64,000 nucleotides of DNA from Clostridiales bacterium (GTDB lineage: Bacteria > Bacillota > Clostridia > Oscillospirales > Oscillospiraceae). The stretch is from positions 8,738 through 72,737 of the forward strand of contig DUPK01000063.1 of assembly GCA_012838345.1 (NCBI GenBank), written 5' to 3'. Under the pieces are notes generated by a model. That model saw nothing but the letters and a program-made list of their open reading frames with translations. It was not told the DNA's origin and did not search any database. The position numbers were made by a program, and so were the translations under genes. Of this stretch, positions 29,898 to 39,691 are shown one piece after another. Each line of letters opens with the position of its first letter. Position 1 is the first letter of the stretch.

Positions 29898-31769
29898 ATT
29901 TGCCTTATTTTTAGTTGTTTTGCGTTTCCCCGCCTGGGAGGAGAATTTGCTGGCCTTTGCTTTTTCCGCGCGCAAGGGGCGGATGAGACAGCCCTTGCCG
30001 TAGCCTATCAAGTCCTGCCTGCCCGTTTTTATAAGGGCCTCCAAAACCAGCTTTCGATTCTGGGGGAGGAACCACTGGAGCATCGCGCGTTGCAGCGCCT
30101 TTTCGCGGGCGGTTTTCGCCGAATATACGGGCTTCATTGTGCGCGGGTCAAGCCCTGTGTAATACATGCAGGTGGAAAGCGTGCCCGGAGTGGGGTAGAA
30201 GTCCTGAACCTGCTCGGGGCGTATTCCGGCTTTGTTTAAGTACTCGGCAAGTCTCACCGCGTCCATTAGCGTGCTGCCGGGGTGCGAGGACATGAGGTAG
30301 GGGACGATATACTGCTTCTTGCCGTGCCTTTCGTTAAGTCTCCGGTACTTCTCCGCAAAGCGCTCAAAAACCTCGATGCGCGGCTTTCCCATATAGTCGA
30401 GCACGCCGTTTACGCAGTGCTCCGGCGCAACCTTTAGCTGCCCGCTTATGTGGTGCTGAATGAGCTCCGAGAAAAATTCGCCGCTTTTGTCCTCAAGCAG
30501 GTAGTCAAAGCGGATTCCCGAGCGGATAAAGACCTTTTTTACGCCCTTGACCTGCCTGAGCTTGCGGAGCAGCGTCAGGTAGTCGCTGTGGTCGGCGATT
30601 AGGTTTTTGCAGGGCTCGGGTGCAAGACAGTTTTTGCCTTTGCACATCCCGCTTTTTAGCTGAATCTTGCAGGAGGGGCGCCGGAAGTTTGCCGTCGGTC
30701 CTCCCACGTCGTGCACATAGCCCTTGAACTCGGGGTGGCCAACAAAGCTCTCAACCTCGGCAAGCACTGATTTGTGGCTCCGGGAGGTTACCATTCTGCC
30801 CTGATGGAAGGCGAGTGAGCAGAAGTTACAGGCCCCGAAGCAGCCTCGGTTGTGTATAACCGAAAAGCGCACTTCCTCGATTGCGGGCACGCCGCCCAAA
30901 TCGTCATACATGGGGTGTACTTCGCGCGTAAAGGGGAGAGCCGCAACGGCGTCGAGCTGCTCGGTGCTTAGCGGCGCCGCGGGCGGGTTAACTATCAGAA
31001 ACTTATCTCTGTGGCGCTGTATAACCGCCCTGCCCCGAACAGGGTCGTGCTCCTCGTACTGGATTTTCGTCGCGACTGCGTAGTCCCTCTTGCTCTCCCG
31101 CACGTCCTCGCAGGAAGGGCATTCCACATAAGGAAAGCGGCAGGCGCTGATGTCGGAAGCGAGAAAAGCGGTCCCGCGAATATCTGTTATCTCGGATATG
31201 TCGGCGCCGCCGCTTAATCTTGCGGCAATCTCCTTTGACGCCTCTTCTCCCATGCCGTAAACAAGGAGGTCGGCTTTGGAGTCGACAAGCGCGCTGCGGC
31301 GCACCTTGTCGTCCCAGTAGTCGTAATGTGCAAAGCGCCTGAGCGAGGCTTCAAGCCCTCCGATAATCACTGGAAGCCCGGTAAATGCCTCTTTTACGCG
31401 GTTTGCGTAGACTATAGAGGCCCTGTCGGGGCGAAGGCCCGCCTTTTTGCCGGGGCTGTAGAAATCCTCGCTCCTTTTCTTCTTCGCCGCGGTGTAGTGG
31501 GCGACCATGGAGTCGAGATTCCCGGCGCTTACTATCGCCGCGAGCCTCGGTCTGCCGAGCACCTTGAAGGCCTTCGTGCTTCTCCAGTCGGGCTGGGGGA
31601 GTATCGCGACGCGGTAGCCCTCCGCCTCCAAAACCCTGCCGATAAGAGGTGTTCCGAAGGAAGGGTGGTCAACGTAGGCATCGCCCGTTATCAGCAGAAA
31701 ATCGTAGTAGTCCCAGCCGCGGGCCTTCATGTCCTCGCGGCTTACGGGCAGGAATTTATCCCTTTCCAT
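29877..31769 (-). CDS. ygiQ: YgiQ family radical SAM protein (UPF0313)
   Basis: The N-terminus FLPVSREDMKARGWDYYDFLLITGDAYVDHPSFG is diagnostic. Cys cluster CFGACNFC. Length is 630 aa with a Lys-rich tail. Confidence 0.9.
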   Translation of the reverse strand: MERDKFLPVSREDMKARGWDYYDFLLITGDAYVDHPSFGTPLIGRVLEAEGYRVAILPQPDWRSTKAFKVLGRPRLAAIVSAGNLDSMVAHYTAAKKKRSEDFYSPGKKAGLRPDRASIVYANRVKEAFTGLPVIIGGLEASLRRFAHYDYWDDKVRRSALVDSKADLLVYGMGEEASKEIAARLSGGADISEITDIRGTAFLASDISACRFPYVECPSCEDVRESKRDYAVATKIQYEEHDPVRGRAVIQRHRDKFLIVNPPAAPLSTEQLDAVAALPFTREVHPMYDDLGGVPAIEEVRFSVIHNRGCFGACNFCSLAFHQGRMVTSRSHKSVLAEVESFVGHPEFKGYVHDVGGPTANFRRPSCKIQLKSGMCKGKNCLAPEPCKNLIADHSDYLTLLRKLRQVKGVKKVFIRSGIRFDYLLEDKSGEFFSELIQHHISGQLKVAPEHCVNGVLDYMGKPRIEVFERFAEKYRRLNERHGKKQYIVPYLMSSHPGSTLMDAVRLAEYLNKAGIRPEQVQDFYPTPGTLSTCMYYTGLDPRTMKPVYSAKTAREKALQRAMLQWFLPQNRKLVLEALIKTGRQDLIGYGKGCLIRPLRAEKAKASKFSSQAGKRKTTKNKANKKPRRK

Positions 31770-31802
31770 CGTTCACCTCCATATTAAGTCTGGATAAAAC
31801 GA

Positions 31803-33503
31803 CTATTTTGATTTCGCCGCCTCCTCGGCTTCAAGCTGGGTATAGGCTATTTTGCCCACGCCGGTTTTCGGGAGACTGTCGCGAAACTCAAACTCCTTTG
31901 GCATAGCGTAGCGCGCTATATTTTTACGGCAGTGCTCGATAAGGGCTTTTTTAAATTCTTCTGTCGGCGTGACACCCTCTTCAAGGACGACGAAGGCCTT
32001 TGGACGCTGTATCTTGTACGGGTCGGGCACACCGATTACACAGCTCATTTTGACGCCCTTGAATGAGTCTATGACGTTTTCAAGCTGCGAGGGGTAGATG
32101 GAATAACCCGAGGACACTATTACGCGCTTTATACGCTGCTTGAAGTAGACAAAACCGTCCTCGTCCATAGTGCCGAGGTCCCCGGTGTGCAGCCAGACGC
32201 GCCCGTCCGGGTGGACCTTGAGGGTGTCGGCTGTCTCCTCGGGCATATCGTCATAGCCGAGCATGACGGTCGGGCCTGATATGCAAATCTCGCCTATCTC
32301 GCCGGGGGGCAGGCTCTCGGTCCCGCCGACGGAGACAATTTTATAGTATGTGTCGGGGAAGGGGAGGCCTATGCTGCCCTCCTTTTCAAGATGGTATGGC
32401 GTAAGGCAGCTTGCGGTTACGCACTCTGTAAGCCCGTAGCCCTCGCGGATTCTGACTTTGGCCCCGTGTTCCTTCAGGAAGGTGTCGAACTTCCTTTTTA
32501 GCTCAACGGAGAGGCTGTCCCCGCCGGAGAAAACGCCCTTTAAGCAGCTTAAGTCCGCGCCCTTTAAATCCTCGCCCTTGAGCAGGGCCTCAAAAAGCGT
32601 CGGAACGCCTGCTATGCAGTTCGGGCGCTCGCTTTTAATGAGGCCAGCGTAGCTTTTTACGTTGAAGCGCGGAACAAGTATGCAGTGGCAGCCGGCTACA
32701 AGCGCGGTGTGGGCGCATACGCCGAGCCCGAAGCCGTGGAATACGGGCATGACGGTCAGCATCTTGTCCCCGGCGGAAACGCAGTTGCCCATCGCAAGCG
32801 TCTGGAGCGCCAGCGCATTGAAATTGAGGTTTGAGAGCAAAATACCCTTCATAGTGCCGGTGGTGCCGCCGCTGTAAAGAATAATGGCGCAGTCGTGAGG
32901 CGCCCTATCCTCGCGTGGGTCAGTCGCGGCATTCCCGCCCCTGAGGAAGTCCTTCCAGAAGATTACCGGCGCGCTTTGAGGCGCTTTTTCGACTTTTCTC
33001 CCCTCTGTGAGCGCATAGCCTATTCGCTTAACGGGGCTTAACGCGTCCTTTACGCTTGTCAGGATGAGAAACTCAGGCCTTACCTCCGAGCTTATCGCGG
33101 CAAATTTGCCGTAAAACTGGTCGAGCGCCACGACCGCGCGGCACTTGGAGCTTTTTATGAAAAACGCGGTCTCGCCCTCGCTTGAAAGGGGGTGTACCAT
33201 TACGGCTATAGCGCCAATGAGGTTAACTGCATAAATGCACTCAAGCGCCTGGGGTATGTTTGGGAGATATATCATCACGCGCTCCCCCGGCTTTATCCCT
33301 AACGCCTTGAACGCGCGGGCTGCCCTCTCTATATCGGAGGCAAAGTCGCGGTAGGACCTTTTTCTTCCGAAAAAGGAATAGGCCGTGAGCTCGGGGTGTA
33401 TCTTCGCGGTTTTCAGCACAGCTTCCACCATGCTGCAGTCGGGGTATTCTATGCTTTTCGGCACGTCGCCGTAGTGCTTCAGCCAGGGAGCGTCCTTGGA
33501 CAT
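31803..33503 (-). CDS. AMP-dependent synthetase/ligase (long-chain acyl-CoA synthetase-like)
   Basis: AMP-binding motifs YSGGTTGTMKG, GYGLTE and TGDLG..DEDGF....R.K. The ATG at 33503 is preceded by AAGGAG. The 34 upstream codons of the track ORF are dropped. Confidence 0.88.
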   Translation of the reverse strand: MSKDAPWLKHYGDVPKSIEYPDCSMVEAVLKTAKIHPELTAYSFFGRKRSYRDFASDIERAARAFKALGIKPGERVMIYLPNIPQALECIYAVNLIGAIAVMVHPLSSEGETAFFIKSSKCRAVVALDQFYGKFAAISSEVRPEFLILTSVKDALSPVKRIGYALTEGRKVEKAPQSAPVIFWKDFLRGGNAATDPREDRAPHDCAIILYSGGTTGTMKGILLSNLNFNALALQTLAMGNCVSAGDKMLTVMPVFHGFGLGVCAHTALVAGCHCILVPRFNVKSYAGLIKSERPNCIAGVPTLFEALLKGEDLKGADLSCLKGVFSGGDSLSVELKRKFDTFLKEHGAKVRIREGYGLTECVTASCLTPYHLEKEGSIGLPFPDTYYKIVSVGGTESLPPGEIGEICISGPTVMLGYDDMPEETADTLKVHPDGRVWLHTGDLGTMDEDGFVYFKQRIKRVIVSSGYSIYPSQLENVIDSFKGVKMSCVIGVPDPYKIQRPKAFVVLEEGVTPTEEFKKALIEHCRKNIARYAMPKEFEFRDSLPKTGVGKIAYTQLEAEEAAKSK

Positions 33504-33586
33504 AAAAGTCTCCTTTACATGTTCATGTTTGTAAGTAATACTTAATTCTAACCCAGAAGGAGCATAATGTAAAGAAAAACAGCCGG

Positions 33587-33615
33587 TTGAACTTGCCCCA
33601 TGCATGCAGTATAAT
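33587..33615 (+). promoter_or_regulatory. Candidate sigma-A promoter upstream of the DUF3810 gene
   Basis: TTGAAC (33587-33592), a 17-nt spacer, then TATAAT (33610-33615). Confidence 0.5.
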
Positions 33616-33734
33616 ACGATAAAACGGTTGAAGATAAGCTTTATAAGCGCTTTAGCGCTCTACCCCCGCACTTTTGACAAAAGCGCCGCTGTGCACATAC
33701 CATGAAAGCCCGGTCTCTATGGTAATAGTATGAG

Positions 33735-34811
33735 GTGACCCAATTGAAGATTTACAAGCGATATTTTATATACCTGGCCGTCTTTGCCTTTTTGACGCTG
33801 CTTTTTCATATATTTAAGCACCTGCGTCCCGTGATGAACGCGGTCACGAATGCCCTTGTCCCAGTAAAGCGCGCTCTGTCCTGGATTTGCGACATAACCG
33901 CGCTCTCGGTTGCGGAGTTCTTAATAGCCGCGGCAATAATATTCGCGCTTTATTACATCGTAAAATCGGTCGTGCTCATCATAAAAAGTGAAAACAGGCT
34001 CCCCGTTTTTCTGAAGAGGTTGCTCGGCGCGCTATGCGGGATAATAACTGTGTATTTCGGCATGGCGCTCATGCTCGGCACGACGTACTATTCCGATTCC
34101 TTCCAGGAGAAAAGCGGCCTCTACGCGAGGGGAGGTACGGTGGACGAGCTTTACTCGGTCGCTGGGCTCTTTGCCGAAAAGGCGACGGAAACCGGCGCCC
34201 TTGTAAGCCGTGACGAAAACGGTGTCTTCAACGTCCCTCTCGACACTATTTTTGAAAACAGCAAAGGGATATATAAGGGCGCCGAGCAGGAGTTTCCCAC
34301 CCTCTCGGGCCCGGACAGAAGGCCGAAAAAGGTTATTCTCTCCCGCCTTATGAGCTATTTTAACAACACCGGCTTTTATTTCCCCTTTACCGCGGAGGCA
34401 AATATAAATATCGACTGCCCTCTCGCCTTTATCCCCGCGACTATAGCGCATGAATTTGCCCACCAGCGCGGAGTGGCAGCAGAGCAGGAGGCAAACTTTG
34501 CGGCGATAATCGCCTGCATAACGAGCGGAAAGCCCGAATACGAGTACTCAGGCTGGCTTTTGGGTTATATTTACCTTGTAAACGCGCTCTATTCGAGGGA
34601 TTACGATAAATTTGTCGAGGTCTATGGCATACTGTCCGACGAGGTAATGGCCGACATCATAGCCAACAACGAATACTGGGCACAGTTTGAGACTCCGGTT
34701 TCGGAGATTTCCGACAAGGTGTACGACGAATTTTTAAAGGGCTACGGTCAGGAGCTGGGCGTGCAGAGCTACGGGGCAGTCGTGGACCTGCTGCTCGCCT
34801 ATTTCAGATAG
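33735..34811 (+). CDS. DUF3810 domain membrane protein (putative zinc metallopeptidase, HExxH)
   Basis: N-terminal TM segments and the motif ATIAHEFAHQRG, with overall DUF3810-like organisation. The start is ambiguous (GTG at 33735 or TTG at 33744). Confidence 0.75.
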   Translation: MTQLKIYKRYFIYLAVFAFLTLLFHIFKHLRPVMNAVTNALVPVKRALSWICDITALSVAEFLIAAAIIFALYYIVKSVVLIIKSENRLPVFLKRLLGALCGIITVYFGMALMLGTTYYSDSFQEKSGLYARGGTVDELYSVAGLFAEKATETGALVSRDENGVFNVPLDTIFENSKGIYKGAEQEFPTLSGPDRRPKKVILSRLMSYFNNTGFYFPFTAEANINIDCPLAFIPATIAHEFAHQRGVAAEQEANFAAIIACITSGKPEYEYSGWLLGYIYLVNALYSRDYDKFVEVYGILSDEVMADIIANNEYWAQFETPVSEISDKVYDEFLKGYGQELGVQSYGAVVDLLLAYFR

Positions 34812-35087
34812 CAAGAGAGAGCGGCACCCTGTATTATTAATCATTTTTTCAAAGGGTTTTATGAGGATATGGGCCGGCAGCAGCAAAGGCAATTTTCAAC
34901 TGAAGCCCCTTGTTGCCGACAAAAAGCCATATCCCCGGCGCGGAATGCCGCCGGGGAAAACGGTTTTTGTATTTATGCTGTTTGCGCTGCAAAGCAATAT
35001 CCCCATGCAGAGCTAAAAGGGGCCCTTTAGCTTTTTCGTGCAGCCTTAAAGAGAGGGAAAGCTTTAGCCCCCCTCTCTTTTATCGTA

Positions 35088-35297
35088 TTATATTTCGTCT
35101 GCGTGCTCACGTTCGCGGAACAGAAGCGAGATGCACCATATTCCCGCAAGCCCTACCAGAGTATAAATCACACGGCTTACCGTCGAGTCCTGGCCACCGA
35201 ATATATATGCGACTGTGTCAAAACCGAAGATGCCGATGCCGCCCCAGTTTAAGGCGCCGATTATAGCCAGTATAAGAGAGATTCTGTCCATTATCAT
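35088..35297 (-). CDS. DUF378 domain small membrane protein
   Basis: LILAIIGALNWGGIGIFGFD.V is the diagnostic DUF378 motif. The protein is 69 aa, with GGAGGA upstream. Confidence 0.85.
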   Translation of the reverse strand: MIMDRISLILAIIGALNWGGIGIFGFDTVAYIFGGQDSTVSRVIYTLVGLAGIWCISLLFREREHADEI

Positions 35298-35405
35298 TCT
35301 AAATTCCTCCAGTGAAATATGTTTAAAATGCTCGCTCTAGCTCGATTAATATGCCCCTTGGAAATAAATATATTCATTTTAGGCCGTAGACTAATAATTT
35401 TGTGT

Positions 35406-35433
35406 TTGAATTATGCAGAAATTGTGATAAAAT
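35406..35433 (+). promoter_or_regulatory. Candidate extended -10 promoter of the Lrp-aminotransferase operon
   Basis: TTGAAT (35406-35411), a 16-nt spacer ending in TGa, then TAAAAT (35428-35433). Confidence 0.5.
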
Positions 35434-35489
35434 TACCGTTAAATTATATCGGCGAAAAACAGCCGGAAATACCGCAAGGAGGAACAAAA

Positions 35490-35969
35490 ATGAACGAGAT
35501 ACTGAAACTCTTGGAACAAAACTCCAGATACACGGCGGCCGAGATAGCGGCAATGCTGGACATGGAGGAGAAAGCGGTAGAAGCGGCGATAGCAAAATAT
35601 GAGGAAGACAAGGTCATACTGGGCTATCAGGCGCTGGTGGACTGGGACCGGGCAGGGGAAGAATTCGTGACCGCCCTTATAGAAGTGAAGGTCACGCCCC
35701 AGCTTGGCGACGGTTTCGACCGCATCGCGGAGCGCATATATCAATACGAGGAGGTTGAAAGCGTCTATCTCATGTCCGGTGCCTTTGACCTCACCGTTAT
35801 AATTACCGGCAAGACGCTGAAGGAAGTGGCACAGTTTGTCGCAAGCAAGCTTTCGACGATAGAGGGCGTCACCGGAACGGCCACTCATTTCATACTCAAA
35901 AAGTATAAGGAAAAACATTGCCTGTTCCAGAAGCGTGAGGAGCAGACGGAGAGGATGTTGTTTGTCTGA
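35490..35969 (+). CDS. Lrp/AsnC family transcriptional regulator
   Basis: The ATG at 35490 follows AAGGAGG. A helix-turn-helix (ILKLLEQNSRYTAAEIAAML) is followed by a RAM/AsnC_trans_reg domain (ALIEVKV....FD.I..RI....EVESVYLMSGAFDL). The upstream part of the track ORF is dropped. Confidence 0.85.
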   Translation: MNEILKLLEQNSRYTAAEIAAMLDMEEKAVEAAIAKYEEDKVILGYQALVDWDRAGEEFVTALIEVKVTPQLGDGFDRIAERIYQYEEVESVYLMSGAFDLTVIITGKTLKEVAQFVASKLSTIEGVTGTATHFILKKYKEKHCLFQKREEQTERMLFV

Positions 35970-37132
35970 TGGATTACAATTCGATAATGTCTACTAAGAT
36001 ACAGGGTATCGCTCCGTCTGGAATCAGAAAGTTCTTCGACATCCTGAATGAGATGGAGGACGCCATATCGCTGGGCGTCGGCGAGCCCGATTTCGTAACG
36101 CCCTGGCACATACGGAACGCCGGCATACACTCGCTTGAAAAGGGGCACACGAAATATACCTCTAACGCCGGCATGCTCTCTCTGAGGACGGAGATTTCCG
36201 GATATCTCCGCCGCAGGTTTGATTTAAGTTACGACCCCATGGGACAAATCCTCGTCACCGTCGGTGGCAGCGAGGCCATAGACATCGCCATTCGGGTTCT
36301 CGTAAACCCGGGGGACGAGGTCATCGTACCCGTGCCCTCCTTCGTCTGCTACGGCCCGCTTGTCACGATGGCGGGCGGCGTGCCGGTATATGTACAGACA
36401 AAGAGGGAAAACGAGTTTAGGCTTATGCCCGACGAGCTGCGCGCCGCAATCAGCCCGAAGACGAAGCTTGTGGTGCTCCCCTATCCCTGCAATCCGACAG
36501 GCGGGATAATGGAGAGGCGCGACCTTGAGGCCCTGGTCCCTGTTTTAGAGGGCAGTAATATAATGATACTGTCCGACGAGATTTACGCCGAGCTTACGTA
36601 CGGCGTAAAGCACACCTCGCCTGCGAACATAGAAGCCCTGCACGAGCGCACGATTGTCGTCAATGGCTTTTCAAAATGCTATGCCATGACCGGCTGGAGG
36701 CTCGGATACGTCTGCGGGCCGAGGCCCGTTATAGCTCAGCTTACAAAGCTCCACCAGTTCGGCATCATGTGCGCGCCGACGATGAGTCAGTACGCCGCTA
36801 TAGCTGCGATGAAGGACGGCGACGGCGACATCGAAAGGATGCATAGGGAGTATGACCGCCGGCGCAAGTACCTGGTTGCGGAGCTTCGTAAGATGGGGCT
36901 TGACTGCTTTGAGCCGAGGGGCGCCTTCTATGTTTTCCCCTGCATAAAGAGCACGGGGCTTTCTTCCGACGAGTTCTGCGAAAGTCTGCTGCTTTCCGAG
37001 AAGGTCGCCGTGATACCCGGAAACGCCTTCGGACTGGGAGGGGAGGGCTTTGTCAGAATGTGCTACGCCTCCTCGTTTGAGAATATCAAGGAAGCGCTAA
37101 AGCGCATGGATAGGTTTATAAAAAGTTTGTAA
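35969..37132 (+). CDS. Class I/II pyridoxal-phosphate-dependent aminotransferase
   Basis: Motifs GEPDF.TP, Y....G, PCNPTGG and SFSKCYAMTGWRLGY (PLP lysine motif). It overlaps the Lrp stop by 1 nt (TGATG). Confidence 0.9.
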   Translation: MDYNSIMSTKIQGIAPSGIRKFFDILNEMEDAISLGVGEPDFVTPWHIRNAGIHSLEKGHTKYTSNAGMLSLRTEISGYLRRRFDLSYDPMGQILVTVGGSEAIDIAIRVLVNPGDEVIVPVPSFVCYGPLVTMAGGVPVYVQTKRENEFRLMPDELRAAISPKTKLVVLPYPCNPTGGIMERRDLEALVPVLEGSNIMILSDEIYAELTYGVKHTSPANIEALHERTIVVNGFSKCYAMTGWRLGYVCGPRPVIAQLTKLHQFGIMCAPTMSQYAAIAAMKDGDGDIERMHREYDRRRKYLVAELRKMGLDCFEPRGAFYVFPCIKSTGLSSDEFCESLLLSEKVAVIPGNAFGLGGEGFVRMCYASSFENIKEALKRMDRFIKSL

Positions 37133-37145
37133 AGGATAAGGCAAA

Positions 37146-38384
37146 GTGAAATACATACTAGTGATAGGCGACGGCATGGCGGACGACCCCGTACCCGAGC
37201 TTGGGGGAAAGACGCCGACCGAATACGCTAAAACTCCGGCTATGGACTATCTTGCTGCCCACGGCGAGCTTGGCAGCGCATATAACATACCCGAGGGGCT
37301 TCCCCCGGGAAGCGACACGGCGATGCTCTCGATATTCGGCTGCGACCCGAGATATTGCTATACCGGCAGGGCTCCTCTGGAGGCCGCGGCCAAGGGCATT
37401 GATCTAAGTCCCGGGGATGTTGCCTACCGCTGCAACATGGTCTCGTACGAGGACGGCGGGATGCCCTTTGAGGAAAAGCGCATACTTTCCCACAACGCCG
37501 GCTCCATTGAGGGGGATATTTCGGACCGGCTTATAACCGAGCTTTTCAATGAGCCTGAGTTTAGGGCAGCGGCTCAAAGCGCAGGGCTGAGCGTAAGTCC
37601 CGGGAGCTCCTTCCGCCACATTGCGGTGCAAAAGCAGGCTGACGTAGAGGGCATAGTTCTTGCGCCCCCGCACGACCATCTGGGGGAGAGGATAGGGCCG
37701 CTCCTGCCGCGCGGCTGCGAAAACGCCGAGGTATTAAAGCGGCTGATGGTGCTTGCTCACAGGATTCTCGACAGGCACCCGATTAACGTAAGGCGCAGGG
37801 CCGAGGGGAAGCTCCCCGCCAACGGCATCTGGTTCTGGGCCGAGGGAACGGCGGTGAAGCTGCCGAACTTTTTTGAAAACTACGGCAAGAGGGGCGGCGT
37901 CATAAGCGCCGTTCCCCTGTGTCATGGAATAGCCGCGCTCACCGGCCTTGAGGTCGTAACCGTCGAGGGCGCGACGGGCGAACTTGACACCAATTACGAG
38001 GGCAAGGTCGAGGCTACAATAGACCTGCTCAGAAAGGGCGCGGATTTTGCGGCTTTGCACGTTGAGGCCCCGGACGAATGCACCCATAACGGCGACACAG
38101 AGGGCAAGGTACTCGCAATAGAATATATAGACGAAAGAGTGCTCGGGCCCCTTTTTAAGAAGCTTAAAAAAGAGGGCTTTGAGTTCCGCCTGCTGTTTTT
38201 AAGCGACCATAAGACCCTGACATCCACGAGGGGGCACGACGGCGGCCCGGTGCCGTACATACTTTACGACAGCCGCATAAAAAAAGGCTCGGGTCTTCCC
38301 TATAGCGAGGCAAACGGCCTCAAGGGGCCTACCGTGAGGGCAGGGACCGAGCTTATGGCGAAACTTTTTGAACAAACAAAATAG
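37146..38384 (+). CDS. Cofactor-independent phosphoglycerate mutase family (ApgM-like metalloenzyme); specific activity uncertain
   Basis: The MKYILVIGDGMADDPVPELGGKTP N-terminus and the DxH and HV(E)APDE..H.GD motifs are typical of the archaeal-type iPGM / proposed homoserine kinase family. It has a GTG start. Confidence 0.8.
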   Translation: MKYILVIGDGMADDPVPELGGKTPTEYAKTPAMDYLAAHGELGSAYNIPEGLPPGSDTAMLSIFGCDPRYCYTGRAPLEAAAKGIDLSPGDVAYRCNMVSYEDGGMPFEEKRILSHNAGSIEGDISDRLITELFNEPEFRAAAQSAGLSVSPGSSFRHIAVQKQADVEGIVLAPPHDHLGERIGPLLPRGCENAEVLKRLMVLAHRILDRHPINVRRRAEGKLPANGIWFWAEGTAVKLPNFFENYGKRGGVISAVPLCHGIAALTGLEVVTVEGATGELDTNYEGKVEATIDLLRKGADFAALHVEAPDECTHNGDTEGKVLAIEYIDERVLGPLFKKLKKEGFEFRLLFLSDHKTLTSTRGHDGGPVPYILYDSRIKKGSGLPYSEANGLKGPTVRAGTELMAKLFEQTK

Positions 38385-38403
38385 GATAGGAAAAGATACA
38401 GTA

Positions 38404-39684
38404 ATGGAGAAAAGCGATTTCAGGGAACTATTCATACCGGCGGACATACTGCTGCCGACGGGCTGCGATATGAAGAAATGGAGCGTCGTCGCCTGCGACC
38501 AGCACACCTCCGAGCCGGAATATTGGGAGCGTGTGGACAATTTTGTCGGCGGCGCGCCCAGCACCTTGAGGATGATGCTGCCGGAGCACACCTACAAATA
38601 TCCGAATATTGGAGAGCTGATTTCGAATGCCAAGGCCTCGATGGCACGGTACGAAGCGGACGGGATATTCAAGGTATACGAGAGTTCGTATATTTATGTC
38701 GAGCGCGAGCTTTATAACGGCAAGCTGCGCCGCGGTATAGTGGGCGCCATCGACCTTGAGTGCTACGACTATACCGATGGAACAAAGGCCGCTGTCCGCG
38801 CGACCGAGGGCACGGTTGTGGAGAAGCTGCCCATACGCATAAAGCTGCGCGAGGACGCACCGATTGAGCTTACGCACGTTCTCGTCCTGGTGGATGACCC
38901 GGACATGACCCTGATTGAGCCGCTCTCCGATGAAAAAAACAGTATGCAAAAGCTCTATGACTTCGAGCTGATGGAAAAAGGCGGGCATATAGCGGGTTAC
39001 CGTATCACGGGCGAGCTTATCGAAAGAGTAAAGGACGCCGTTGCAGCCCTTGCCGACAGCAAAAGGTTTAACGGGCACTACGGCCTTGAAGACGAGCCTA
39101 TTATGGTCTTCGCCACCGGCGACGGCAACCACTCGCTTGCGACAGCCAAACACTGCTGGGAAAAACTAAAGCCCACTCTCAGCGAGGAGGAGAGAAAAAC
39201 TCATCCGGCGCGCTACGCCCTCGTTGAAATCGTCAACATACGCGACTCATCATTGGAGTTCCAGCCCATAAACAGGGTGGTCTTCGATGTGGACCCCGAG
39301 GCGATGGTTGGCGCCATGCTTGACTACTTTCCCGATTCCCACCTCGGGCACGGCGGCGACCACGAGATATGCTTCGTACACGGCGACCATACCGGGATAA
39401 TAAGCCTACCGAAGGACAGCGGCGCCCTCGCAATCGGCGCCCTTTCGAAGTTCCTCGACGAATACGTCCCGAGCGTGGGGGGCAGGATAGACTTCGTGCA
39501 CGGCGACGACGTTGTCGTCAAACTCTCGCAAAAGCCGGGGCGGCTCGGCTTTGTACTCCCGGCGATAGACAAGAGCAGTCTCTTTCTTTCGATAATACAG
39601 GACGGCGCGCTGCCCAGAAAGACCTTCTCTATGGGCAGCTCAAACGACAAGAGGTTTTATCTGGAGTGCAGAAGGATAAGATAG
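38404..39684 (+). CDS. DUF1015 domain protein
   Basis: The N-terminus F.PADILLP......KWSVVACDQ.TS...YW is typical of DUF1015. The in-frame ATG at 38404 lies just after the upstream gene's stop. Length is 426 aa. Confidence 0.75.
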   Translation: MEKSDFRELFIPADILLPTGCDMKKWSVVACDQHTSEPEYWERVDNFVGGAPSTLRMMLPEHTYKYPNIGELISNAKASMARYEADGIFKVYESSYIYVERELYNGKLRRGIVGAIDLECYDYTDGTKAAVRATEGTVVEKLPIRIKLREDAPIELTHVLVLVDDPDMTLIEPLSDEKNSMQKLYDFELMEKGGHIAGYRITGELIERVKDAVAALADSKRFNGHYGLEDEPIMVFATGDGNHSLATAKHCWEKLKPTLSEEERKTHPARYALVEIVNIRDSSLEFQPINRVVFDVDPEAMVGAMLDYFPDSHLGHGGDHEICFVHGDHTGIISLPKDSGALAIGALSKFLDEYVPSVGGRIDFVHGDDVVVKLSQKPGRLGFVLPAIDKSSLFLSIIQDGALPRKTFSMGSSNDKRFYLECRRIR

Positions 39685-39691
39685 GAGAGCC

